From assembly GCA_010093605.1 (NCBI GenBank), contig MU004187.1:1558018-1622017 (forward strand): a DNA stretch of 64,000 bases. The letters are read 5' to 3'. Each line of letters begins with the position of its first letter. The first letter of the stretch is position 1. The stretch is from Lophium mytilinum (Eukaryota). Below, in pieces: positions 8,514-19,899 of this stretch. The notes beneath the pieces were generated by a model that searched no databases, was not told the origin of the DNA, and was given only the letters and a program-made list of their open reading frames with translations. A program made the position numbers and the translations under genes.

Positions 8514-11500
8514 CTACTGCGCCATCACAAGCGCCAGCAGCGCCATACGACAGTAAAGCCCATATCTCATCTATCACACATGATCAGCACACTCCTCTCC
8601 TCAACACACGTCCACACTTGCAAAAACTCACCTGTCTAAAGTACGCAGCCCTCGGATCAAAATCCACCTCCTCATGAATCTCATTGTTCCTTGGCAGCGG
8701 ATGCATCACCACCATGGTGCTCTTCGCGGCCTTCATGACCCGATTATCGACCACATACGAGTCCTTGACCGCCTCATAGTGCGCCAGATCCGGGAACCGC
8801 TCCTTCTGCACGCGCGTGCAGTACAGCACGTCCGAGCGCGCGATGATCTCGGGCGTCAGCGCCGTGCTCTCGAGGAGCAGCTGGCCGCGGGACTTGAGCA
8901 GCTCGCGGACCGCCGTCGGCAGCGCGAGGGTCGTGGGCGCGACGAGCTGGACGTTGACGTCGTAGTGCTTGAGCAGCTCGCAGAGGGAGTGCACGGTGCG
9001 GCCGTAGCGCAGGTCGCCGACGAAGGTGATGGTGAGCCCGTTGACAGTGCCGAGCTCCTCGCGGATGGTGAAGAGGTCGAGGAAGGCTTGTGTGGGGTGC
9101 TCGCGCGCGCCGTTGCCTGCGTTGATGATGGGCACGTTGGAGAACTTGGCGGCTGTGTCGGCGGAGTCCTCGGACGGGTGGCGGAGGACGATGGCGTCGC
9201 TGTAGCAGCCGAGGGTGCGGATGGTGTCGGCGAGGGATTCGCCTTTGTTGGTGGAGGACATGACTTCGTTGATCACAACGACTTCGCCGCCGAGACGCTT
9301 CATGGCGGCGTCGAAGGAGGCGGAGGTGCGGGTGGATGGCTCGAAGAACATGGTGCAGAGCACGCGGCCTTTGAGCACGTCGAGGCAGCCGTGGCGTTGG
9401 GCGCCGAGACGCATCTCTTGAGCTACCGTGAAGAGGAGATGGAGGTCGCTTCGTGAAAACTGCTGGACGGACAAGATATGCTTCCGCTTGAAAGGCGATT
9501 TAGCGAGGAGTTGGGCCAGGGATGGAGACGTATTGGGGGCGGTGAGTGTCATTGGCATAGACGTATCTCCATGAGCTCCTGGAGCGGGCGTAAATTCCTG
9601 GTAATCGACCTTGCTGATCTCGAGATCGTAATGGCGGGCCATGGCTTCGATAAGCAGCTTCGCGTTCTTGACGTTGGTGACCAATGGAGTCTGGTAGTCT
9701 ACCGCCATACGCCTGGTCTGGTAGCCCTTACTCATGTAGCTGGCGGGTCTCCGGTATCGGTTGTTGGATGGCAAGTTGATGTAAAGATCGATCAGGTTGT
9801 TGGCCAGATGCTGTGTCAGGGAGTACTTTGTCTTCTGGTCATTGTCCTGGTAATGGCTTCCTAGGACTTCCAAGAACTTGACAGGGATGCCGTGCTCTTG
9901 AATGTAGTCGGCAGTACCAGCTGTCGCAAAGAGGTTGAAGCCTAGCTTGTGGAGTGACTCGATGGACGGAAGCATTTCTAGCTTATCCTTGAAGGAGCCG
10001 ATGGATAGTAGAATGTTCTTCTTGGGAAGCTTGAAGCCAGTCGATATGAGCGCTTTGATATACGCCTCGTATTTCGTACGGCCAAAGCAAGCAACTTCTC
10101 CGGTGGATGCCATCTCAACACCAAGCACAGGATCTGCTCCAGACAACCGCGAGAATGAGAACTGAGGTACCTTCACTCCCACATAATCGGCAGGTATGTT
10201 GACTGGCGGATACTCTTCGAGATGTAGACCAGCCATAGCCTTGGTCGCCATCTCGATGAGATCAACACCCATGACCTTGGAGACAAATGGAAAGGATCTC
10301 GAGGCGCGTACGTTGCATTCAATGACCTTGATCTCATTGTCCTTCGCAATGAATTGGATGTTCTGCTCGGCTGTTAGACGTCGTCAAAAGCAACTTCAAG
10401 GGGATTCTTACGAAGGGCCCCGTGATATCAAGGGCATTGGCGATCTTCCGAGTGGCGTCCTCGATTCGTCGTACAGTCTCCTGGTCCAAATCCTGCGGCG
10501 GCAAAATTAACGTGGCATCGCCTGAGTGCACTCCGGCATTCTCGACATGCTCAGAGATGAAATGTCCAATCATCTTGCCGTTACGAGCAACAGCATCCAT
10601 CTCGATCTCTTTGGCGTTCTCGATATATTTGGTAATCACCACAGGATGCTCTCTTGATACGTCGACAGCTTGCGCCAGGTAGTTTGCGAGGTCGTCCTTG
10701 GAATATACGGTATTCATGGCAGCTCCAGAAAGAACGTAGGAGGGTCGAACGAGCACTGGGTAGGAAACCCTATTACAGAACTCGATGGCCTCATCAATAC
10801 TTGTAAGCTCCTTCCAGGTAGGTTGATCGACGGCGATTCTGTCAAGCATGCGAGAGAACTTGTATCGGTTTTCGGCCGTATCGATCATTTCGGGCGATGT
10901 TCCCAAGATCTTGACGTTGAGTCGGTGCAGGGGCAGGGCAATGTTGTTTGGAGTTTGCCCGCCCATGGAAAGGATGACACCACTGGAGTTCTCCATTGTG
11001 TAGATGTCGAGAACCGTCTCCAAGTTGATGTTTTCGAAGTACAGGCGGTCGGCTTCATCGTAATCCGTGGATACACTGGGCACAAGATCAGTAAAACTCA
11101 CCGAGAAGTTGGGGAGGTATGACGAACGTCTCTGGGTTGTACTGCCGTGCCGATACGAGTTAGCAAATTTCGTAAGTAAGATAACAAGAAAAACTGTCCT
11201 AAAGCTTATGAAAGAAAATTGAGTGCGGGATCCCAGAGGTCCAAAAAGTGCTCTTCCATGAGGCCCGACGCTGGTATTGGGAAAGGCAACACGCTAATCA
11301 AGCATGCTGCCTAATGTGTACACCTGTTTGCCACTGCTTGGAGTACTTCAACGACTTGTCCGATGTTCAAAGGTGAAGAACTTCCATCGGTTGAACGCTC
11401 CAAGAAAGCATTGAAGCATCCCAAGCAGTGCCATACACGCGTACACACCTCCAAATGCTTCGAGTTGATGAAAGTGCCTCTCGTTTTGTGCACCGCGTGG

Positions 11501-14500
11501 ACCTATCCTAGCCCAGAACTTCATCCCAAGGCACAGATTTCCAGTCGATATAAGAGAAATAAGGTTTGACTTACGTTAATCATTACAGTCTTAAAGCCCT
11601 GTTCCCGTAGAGTCCGGATAGCTCTCACAGAACACCAGTCAAACTCCACAGATGAGCCAATTCGGTAGACTCCGGACCCAAGCACCATGATGCCTCGGTC
11701 GTCGAAGGAGATGTCATGCTCAGTGCCATTATATGTCAGATAGAGGTAGTTCGTGAAAGCTGGGAACTCTGCGGCGACGGTGTCAATCTGCTTGACCACA
11801 GGTACGATGCCTGCATCGACTCTGGCCCGCCGGACGGCAAGTTCGTTTGAGCCGAAGAACTTAGCAAGTTGTCGATCAGCATAACCAAGTTGCTTGGCTC
11901 GTTTGATGAGCGGCTTGGTGATTGATATAGTGGTGTAGGTTTCCATGAGCTTTTCGAAGTTGCTGAGGTCCTTTAAGCGACTCAAGAACCACTTGTCGAT
12001 CTTAGTCATCTCCCAGATCTTATCGACCGAGTATCCAGAGTGCATTGCATTTGCAATAGCAAAAAGTCGCTGATCAGATGGGGTCTGAAGCTCCTCGTCG
12101 ATAGACATCAAGGCACTAGTTTGACAAAATCCCAAATTGTTGAGATCAATGGCACGAATGGCTTTCTGTATAGCCTCCTCAAACGTTCTGCCGATACTCA
12201 TGACTTCGCCGACGCTTTTCATGGAGGAGCCTAAAAGTGTTGACACCCGAGTGAACTTCTTGAGGTCCCATCGGGGGATTTTGACAACAACGTAATCGAG
12301 AGAGGGTTCGAAGCAGGCGGATGTAACTTTGGTCACCGAATTCGAGATCTCGTTCAACGGGATACCAAGTCCGAGCTTGGCTGCAATGAATGCTAAGGGA
12401 TATCCAGTGGCCTTGGAGGCGAGAGCCGAAGACCGCGACAGACGGGCATTGACCTCAATGATGCAGTATTCCCTGGAGAATGGGTTGAGCGCATATTGGA
12501 TGTTGCACTCTCCAACAACACCAAGATGCCGGATGACGTTCACAGCCGTGGTTCGAAGCATGTTGTAATCCTCATCTGAAAGCGTTTGTGAAGGAGCAAC
12601 GACAATCGAATCTCCAGTGTGAATCCCCAGCGGGTCAAAGTTCTCCATGTTGCAAACCGTGATGCAGTTGTCGCGGCAGTCACGGACGACCTCGTATTCG
12701 ATCTCCTTCCACCCCTTCATGCTTCTCTCGATAAGCACCTGGGGGCTTGCAGCGAAGGCTTTCTGGCAGAGATCGAGCAGTTGGGAATCGTCTTCGGCAA
12801 ATCCACTGCCGAGCCCACCCAGAGCATACGCTGCTCGGACAATAACAGGGAAGCCGATGTCTTTAACCACACGCATGGCTTCTTCCACTGAACTTGCGGA
12901 GGCGGACTTTGCACATTTCTCGCCGATCGATTCCATGCTTCGAGCAAAGAGCTCTCGGTCTTCGGTGGTGATGATAGTATCAATAGGGGTGCCGAGCACT
13001 TTGACTCCCAGTCCGTCGAATTCGTCCTTGAGTTGGATGCCCACTTGCAGCGCTGTCTGACCTCCAAATGTCACGAAGATACCATCTGGTCGGTCTCGTT
13101 GTATAACTTTCCTGACGAAATCTGCAGTGACTGGAAGGAAGTAGACCTTGTCTGCAAGGCCTTTTGAGGTTTGGATGGTAGCGATATTGGGGTTGATGAG
13201 GATGGTATAGATACCCTCTTGCTTCAAAGCCTTTATTGCTTGACTTCCGGAATAGTCGAATTCGCCAGCCTGCCCAATACTCAGGCCTCCACTTCCGAGC
13301 ACAAGGACCTTCTTGACCTTGACTTTGGGATGGAGCTGGGCATTTTCCTTCGCATCTCCTCCCGGGAAATGGACTGGCTGTGAAAGAGCTTCGGGGGACT
13401 CTAGGGTTTTCTTGATGGTATCAATGAAGACGTCAAATAGAAACTCGGTGTCCCTAGGGCCTGGGGTGTGCTCTGGATGGAACTGTACACTGAAGTATGG
13501 TCGGTTAGTGTGGCGAATACCTTCATTACTTCCATCATTGGCATTAACGAAGACTTCTTCCCAACCCTGAGGCAAAGTCTTTGCGTCGACGGCGTATCCG
13601 TGATTTTGTGAGGTAATGTAGCACCGTCCATTAAGGAGATTTGTGCAGGGAATGTTGTGCCCTCGGTTTCCAAACTTCATTTTCAGAGTCTGAGCTCCGG
13701 CCGCACGAGCAAGCAGCTGGTGGCCTAGACAGATTCCGAAGATAGGGGTAGCGGCTTGTTCCATGGCAGCGGATATGTTTTTCACCGTAGCCTCCATCAT
13801 AGCAGGGTCGCCAGGTCCGTTCGATATGAACAGTCCATCGTATTCCTTGCCCGCAAGTTTTGGAAAGTCGTAATCCCAGGGAACTACTTCCACTTCAACG
13901 CCTCGCCTAACAAGGCATCGAAGCTGGTTGTATTTCAAGCCGACGTCGACACATACAACGCGGACGGGGCGATCTGAAGGGTGTTTGAGGGCAGTTTCCT
14001 TCGCAGGATGGTATAATTTAGGGGCTTTGGTGGACACTGCAATTCGTGAATATTGAGGTATGTTTAATTAATGTGTGCGAGATGAGAGACTCACCTTCCG
14101 CAACTAGATTCTTGCTATTTGGATCTTCCCAGTTGACATGCTCATAGTCAGCTCGCCAGTCTAGAGCTCCAGACGCTGCACCATTTGCCAAAATAGTCGA
14201 ATCACCATTGGCAAGTCGGAAGGGCGACTTTGATGAGGTAGGTTTCTTCATGAGCAGACGGCCCAGCATGCTACCTTCTTCCCGAATACGCTTCGTGAGT
14301 GCTCGCGTGTCCACCCCAGTAATGGCGGGAACCCCCTGCTCTTTGAGCCAGGCGCCTAGGGACGAGGTAGCCAGATGGTGGGAGTATTCATCCCCGGCAT
14401 ACGCGGCCACGACTAGGCCAGCAATGTGTATTTCTTTGGCCTCGAAGTAGGCCGGAAGCTCACTGAGGAGACTGTCCATCTTTTCCCTCGACGGAACGCC

Positions 14501-14857
14501 ATAATTGCCTACTAATGGGAAAGTGATGACGAGGATTTGGCCACGGTATGAGGGGTCGGTGATGGACTCGGGGTAGCCCACCATGCCAGTCTGGAAGACC
14601 AATTCACCGGCAATGCTCTTCTCAGCGCCAAAGCTCTGGCCGTGGCAGACATAGCCATCCTTGAGCTCCAGGGCCATATCGGGGCCGTCGTGGGCGCGAC
14701 TCGGCATGGCTGTTGGGGAGGGGGTGCCTGGGGCTCGGGGAAGCCTCTCAAGCAGCAATTGCAGAGATTTGGATTGTGGTGCAGCTGAAGAAGCTGAAGT
14801 TCTCGAGGGAAGAAAAACTTCGAGGGCGACTAGCAATGCGGGGCCAATCGCCTGCAT
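8514..14857 (-). CDS. URA2: Multifunctional pyrimidine synthesis protein: glutamine amidotransferase + carbamoyl-phosphate synthetase + aspartate transcarbamoylase, ~1,896 aa; exons 14857-14095, 14036-11575, 11141-11128, 11075-10412, 10362-8632, 8570-8514
   Basis: [15 protein letters not shown]; GATase GICLGHQ and [35 protein letters not shown] and a second ATP-grasp half; MGS-like domain; ATCase STRT, HPTQ, MHPLP and RMALL. All five introns are GT-AG and the exons sum to 5,691 nt, in frame. The start codon is uncertain (a later Met at MPSRAH is possible). Confidence 0.96.
11128..11141 (-). other. URA2: 14-nt micro-exon of URA2 (TACAACCCAGAGAC, encoding YNPE-T)
   Basis: Needed to join ...VMIN to VSTDYDEAD and form the conserved CPS motif NYNPETVSTDYD. 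Preceded by a GCTAAC branch point and CAG; followed by a GTTCGT donor. Confidence 0.92.
11285..11447 (-). ncRNA. Candidate structured RNA element inside the 433-nt URA2 intron (11574-11142)
   Basis: Nested complementary arms on the transcribed strand: TGTGTAC/GTACACA, CACTGCTTGG/CCAAGCAGTG, TGCTTCAATG/CGTTGAAGTA (with G-U pairs) and GTTCAA/TTGAAC. A second hairpin GGCAGCATGCT-TGATT-AGCGTGTTGCC (G-U pairs) follows. Confidence 0.55.
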
Positions 14858-15748
14858 CAGCGTGGGATGCAGGGCCGACTCTCGGCCCGCGTCTGGATCT
14901 CACGGGAGGGCTTCATCCATGCAAACAAGGTCGTGAATGCCAGCGACATAGTCTTCAATCGGGAATCTTCCCAGGGCTTTCGTATATAAGGCTTGCTGCA
15001 CGCACCCGCTCCACAGACACGAAATTACCAGAAAGCAAGTTGAACCATGTAATACATGCGTAGCACGTGATATATGCAAAGGGCGGTCTAGTCTTTGGTG
15101 GGGTTGGAGAGGACTGTGGACCTATGTCGTCAAAGATGCAGGCTGACACCCATGGCTGACTCTGCTTATTGGACGAGCATGAGGGCTGTCACACGTCCAT
15201 CTGTGTCGCCATTCCTGTCTCGTCTCATCTCATCTGTCTCTTCAGGGCGGCGTGGCAATCGGTGAAGGTGCAGGTAACCAGACTGGACGAAGCTTGAGCA
15301 CAGCTGCAGCGATCGCCGAACCGCAGGTCGCTGTCCTTCCGATTCGAGACTCGGCCAGGTGCCTGCGAATCGAGGAGAATTGGATTTCGTGCTTCTCCAT
15401 GATGCGCGGCATGCGCATCAACTCCACTCGTGGCTGTCAATGGTGCATTAGCGGAGGTGGCCTACAGATTGCAAGGGCCGCCTGCTGCATTCACACGCGC
15501 CCATTGGCCCGGTAAGACGCGAGAAGCAGAGCAAAATCGTGGGGAAGGGCTGGGCAGATAAGAAAGGCTTCCTCATGATCAACATCGACGACACACGCTG
15601 AGGGAGCGGTGAGGAAGGTGTGTGCCCGGAGAGGAAGTGTGATCCCGCTGCCTTATCACCACCCTCCCCAGATTCTCCGCCGTACGACCGCCTCCTTTCT
15701 CCCGCCGACAGCTTCGCTGCTGTGAGGAGCTCCCCCGGCGAAAAACAC

Positions 15749-18700
15749 ATGTTTGCCTCACTCCTGCGACCTCAGCAGGCCCGTCGAGCCTCCTCGGAGC
15801 GCTCTCCCTTGATCCAGGCCTTTCGTCGCGCCGCCCCCCGCCAGAATGCAGACAGCGCAGTTGAGGAGACCGAGGACGAAGACGACGAGTTCCCACAGGA
15901 CGAAGACGTGTATGAGGAGGACGCAGAGAACGAGGATGATGAAGAAGACGACGATGGCGATCGAGATGGGCCTTTACTCCCAGTATTCTCTGAGATGCTA
16001 GGTATATCGACTTGGCCATACATCATTTTATTCTCTGCTAATGCATGTCTTAGATCGCCTGCCCATCTACAGTACCACCCATTCCATACGCATAATCGTC
16101 ATCCAACGCTGCGAGACAACCCTCTCGTGGGACCAGCTCCGATCCCCCCAGGTTTCACAGTTCCTCGTCAAGCCCATACAGCAGCAGATACGCTCATCAC
16201 ACTTCTCCCGCGCCACCCTATACGCTCTGATAGCAAACTGTTTACAATTCCAAAAAGAAGGCCAGCTGAACCCTGGAGTTGTTGGCGTCAGTAAGACTAG
16301 GGCCATGATATGCGAGCTTCTTGCCATGCGTCTGATCAAGGAATTCTCTACCCGGGAACTTATTGATGCCCTGTCCTATGACTTCGACCCGCTCCAAGGC
16401 ATGCTACCTCTCGATCAGGCTCAAGGTGCAAATAGACCCCGCTCGAGTCCGCGTGCCGCTCGGATATCCACCATAGAAATTGCCATCCGTGCCCAGTCGA
16501 AGAAGTTCCTGGCACATCCTTTGGTCGTACAACAGCTGGAAGCCATCTGGGCTGGAACCATTGTTTTCCATTCGGCCGCCGACAACTTGCATAGAACTCC
16601 CTCTCGCCGCGATTCGCCCAAACTTCGCGCCTATGGCACAATGAGAGAGGGTCTTTCTCCTGGCCGAGGTCCATCTAACGGACCTCAAGTCAAGATGGAG
16701 AGCTCTCATCACCTCTTGAGCGAGGCCACTCTCAGACGCTCAGTCACCCTGTACGACCCTCACGATGCATCACTTTTCAAGCTCTCTCGTCTTCGTGTTC
16801 CCCGTTATAGGCAGTTGTTCTCCACCGGATCTTTTGCCGTCATGCTTGGTCTGTTCTTAGCGGTCTTGGTCCAGAAATCCGACGACATCACTGGACTCGA
16901 AGTCGTTTTCTGGTTCTGGAGCGCTGGCTTCATGCTTGACGAAATTGTTGGCTTCACCGAACAAGGCTTTGGCTTGTATATCATGAGCGTCTGGAATGCT
17001 TTCGATTTGGGTATTCTATTCTTGTTCGTGGCCTACTACGTGTTGAGGCTTTATGGAATACTCATGCCCAGTGTTCAAAAGCATTACGTTGCTAACATGG
17101 CTTATGACGTGCTTGGAACGACCGCCGTTCTCTTGTTCCCAAGGCTGTTCTCCGTCCTTGATCACTACCGCTATTTCTCACAACTGCTCATCGCATTCAG
17201 GATGATGGCCATGGATCTGGTCGCCATTCTGGTCTTAATCATTATAGCCTGTAGTGGCTTCTTCGTTGCATTTACACTTGCATTTAGCAATGACTTAGAT
17301 GCTGGCGGAGCTGCTTACGCCCTCTTCCAAATGCTTATGGGATTTACTCCTGCTGCGTGGGATATCTGGGGAGAGTACAACATCCTAGGAAAGGGCATAC
17401 TCACGCTGTTCCTCTTCATCTGTCACTTCCTGATTGTTACGATTCTGATCACAGTCTTGACGAACTCGTTTATGGCGATCGTGCAGAACGCAAATGAAGA
17501 GCATCAATTCCTTTTCGCAGTCAACACCATCTCGATGGTCAAGTCGGACGCTCTGTTCTCGTACATCGCTCCGACCAATGTACTCGGATGGCTGCTCATA
17601 CCCCTAAGATTCTTCATGCCGTTTCGAAAGTTCATCAAGATGAACCGAACTGTCATTAAGATGACCCATCTACCTGTTCTGTTTGCAATATTTGCTTACG
17701 AGCGCTTTATCCTATCGTATCTTGCCTATGGTCCGACGGACCTGGTTGAGCAACGCGGCCGAAGTGCAGCGAAGCTTCCAGCTTTCACTTTGCGAGGCCC
17801 CGGAGATCTGTTTAGCCCTGGAGCTCGGCTTCGAGAGCCATCAATCACAACCTTTCAAAAGGATCGCGCTCTCGATGAAGTCTTCAGGAGGCCGTTTAGG
17901 GATCCATCACTCAGCCAGGCAAATGCTGGTACAATAGTTGGTCGGAGGAAATCGAGCAATGTGGTCCGCGACTGGATGCAGGGCATAGGGCATGAACGAG
18001 GCACGCCTCCACCTATGGAAGAGCCTCGCTCTGTACTCGACCAGCTTGAGTCTCGACGGCCGAGGATTCGACGCGCCCACACGGGTCAGCAACCGACACC
18101 CAGACGGAAGAACCGTTCCGTGACCACCCGATCTGTTGCCTCAGACCCAGAAGAACTGTTGACAATGAGGCGCTCAAGGCCGTACCCGATTCAAGAGGAG
18201 GAAGGCGAGTTGCCTGATATGAGCATGGATGATATCCTTCAAACAGATGGCGACGCGGACGGCGACGGCGATGACGAGCTCGTCACCAACGATGAAGATG
18301 AGCAAGAGACGTCGACGCGGCAGAATTCCGACAAAGAAAACCGTCCCCATAGGGCCTACAGCTCTTCATCCGAAGAAGACTACTTCCGAACCCCCATGAC
18401 CGCGAAGCCCGAGACACCAGTTCAAGCCAGCTCACTGTCCTCCTCCGCAGCCCGCGCTCGACAACTGCAACCCAACGCCATACCCAGCTACTTCTTCGGC
18501 CCTGGCGCCTCCCGTCCCGTCCGCGGCCACGCCCGCCAACTCTCCACCAACACGGTCCTCTTCAACCCAGCCGAGTCCAAACCGCCCTCCCAACCCCAAT
18601 CCAAACCCACCTCCCAGCCCTCCCGCCAACCCTCCGGCCGCCAGTCCCGCGCCACCTCGCCCGCCAAACGTCCCACCACCGCCACCCGCTCCGGCACCGC

Positions 18701-19349
18701 CACTCCATCCGGCCGACGCACGCCCACCGGCCGCCGCACCCCCAAACGGCCCGTCCTCCCCACCATCCCCTCGGCCCGCGCCCGCCCCATCATGCCGCCC
18801 CACGGCCTCCACAACTCGGCCCTCTCCTTCAGCGACCTCCTCGGCCTCAACATCGGCCCACGCCGCGACCCCTCGTTCAACGCCCGCGCACTCGACCTCG
18901 CGTCCGACCTCGGCGACAACAAGCACGGGCCGGACTTCGGCGCGCTGCCCGCCAGCTTCTCGACGCAGCTGGAGATGGAGGCGATGCGGCGCAGTCAGAA
19001 GAAGGCCGAGGAGGAGGGCATGGTAAGCCGGATTATGCTGGCGCGGATGACGACGCTGGAGGAGGGGTTTCGGGATGTGCTGAAGGAGGTTAAGGGGCTT
19101 AGGGGGTTTGAGCAGGGGACGGCGACGGTGGTGACGAGTCGCACGGGGAGTACGAAGGATGGGGAGGGGGGTGCGGGGAGGAAGAGGAGTGGGAAGGGGA
19201 GGAGGAAGGGGGAGGGGTGGCAGAGGGGGGTGGTGGAGCAGGTGGGGAGTTTGCCGACGGAGACGCTGATGGCGCAGGGAGAGGGAGAGGGAGGTATGCC
19301 GGATTTGACGGAGGCGAGGGGGCAGAGAGTAGGGGGGAGCAGTCTTTGA
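15749..19349 (+). CDS. YVC1-like (fungal TRP-type) non-selective cation channel; exons 15749-16001 and 16054-19349
   Basis: LSWDQLRSPQVSQFLVKPI, CELLAMRL and IAIRAQSKKFLAHPLVVQQLEAIWAGTIVF are YVC1-family N-terminal motifs; RLRVPRY is followed by multiple TM helices and ILITVLTNSF; the C-terminus is long and disordered. Intron GTATAT..GCTAAT..TAG. Confidence 0.88.
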
Positions 19350-19899
19350 TTGAGGCTGGCTGGGTTCGGGGTGGCTTTGTCTGGCATTTTATGCGGCATG
19401 GCGTTGCATAAACCTGCATTTGCGTTTTATACTGAGGTCACTATAGGGGGAGAGCGGGTTGTATTATAGCATATGGCGGATACCCCAGATTAATTCATAA
19501 TTTTCTTCTTTCATATCTCTCTGAGCTGCGTACAGCCCTTAGTGCTTCGCGTGAAGACTGACCTCTACCTCCTTGCCAACACACTGTGATATGGAATGCC
19601 TCCGTGTGTGATATTTCCAATCACGTAATGTAAGAATTTAGAGGATAATAGATATTAATTCTATATAGGAATCTAGCTAGGCTATATATATATTAGAGAG
19701 GCCTATATAGGCCTTAATTATACTAGATCTATATAAAAAAGTATTTCTATAGTAGATTTATATATTATATATATAATATCTAAATATTAACTATATATTA
19801 AAAATTCTATATTCTTTTCTTCTAGATCTAATTTACTATTAAATTATATTTATAATAGAATATTATACTTACTACTTTATACTATATATTATTAGTATA

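Noticed and set aside
8674..9456. 260-aa plus-strand ORF and the other ORFs overlapping URA2, the F-box gene and the channel gene
   Set aside because: Antisense or alternative-frame shadows of GC-rich coding sequence.
11269..11278. AATACCAGCG (minus strand) in the URA2 intron resembles the 3' part of a TPP riboswitch
   Set aside because: There is no CUGAGA motif and no pairing CUGG strand upstream, so the aptamer core cannot form; URA2 is also not a thiamine gene.
10334..14857. Split ORFs as separate CPS subunit genes or a pseudogene
   Set aside because: All breaks are explained by canonical introns plus the 14-nt micro-exon, giving one intact frame.
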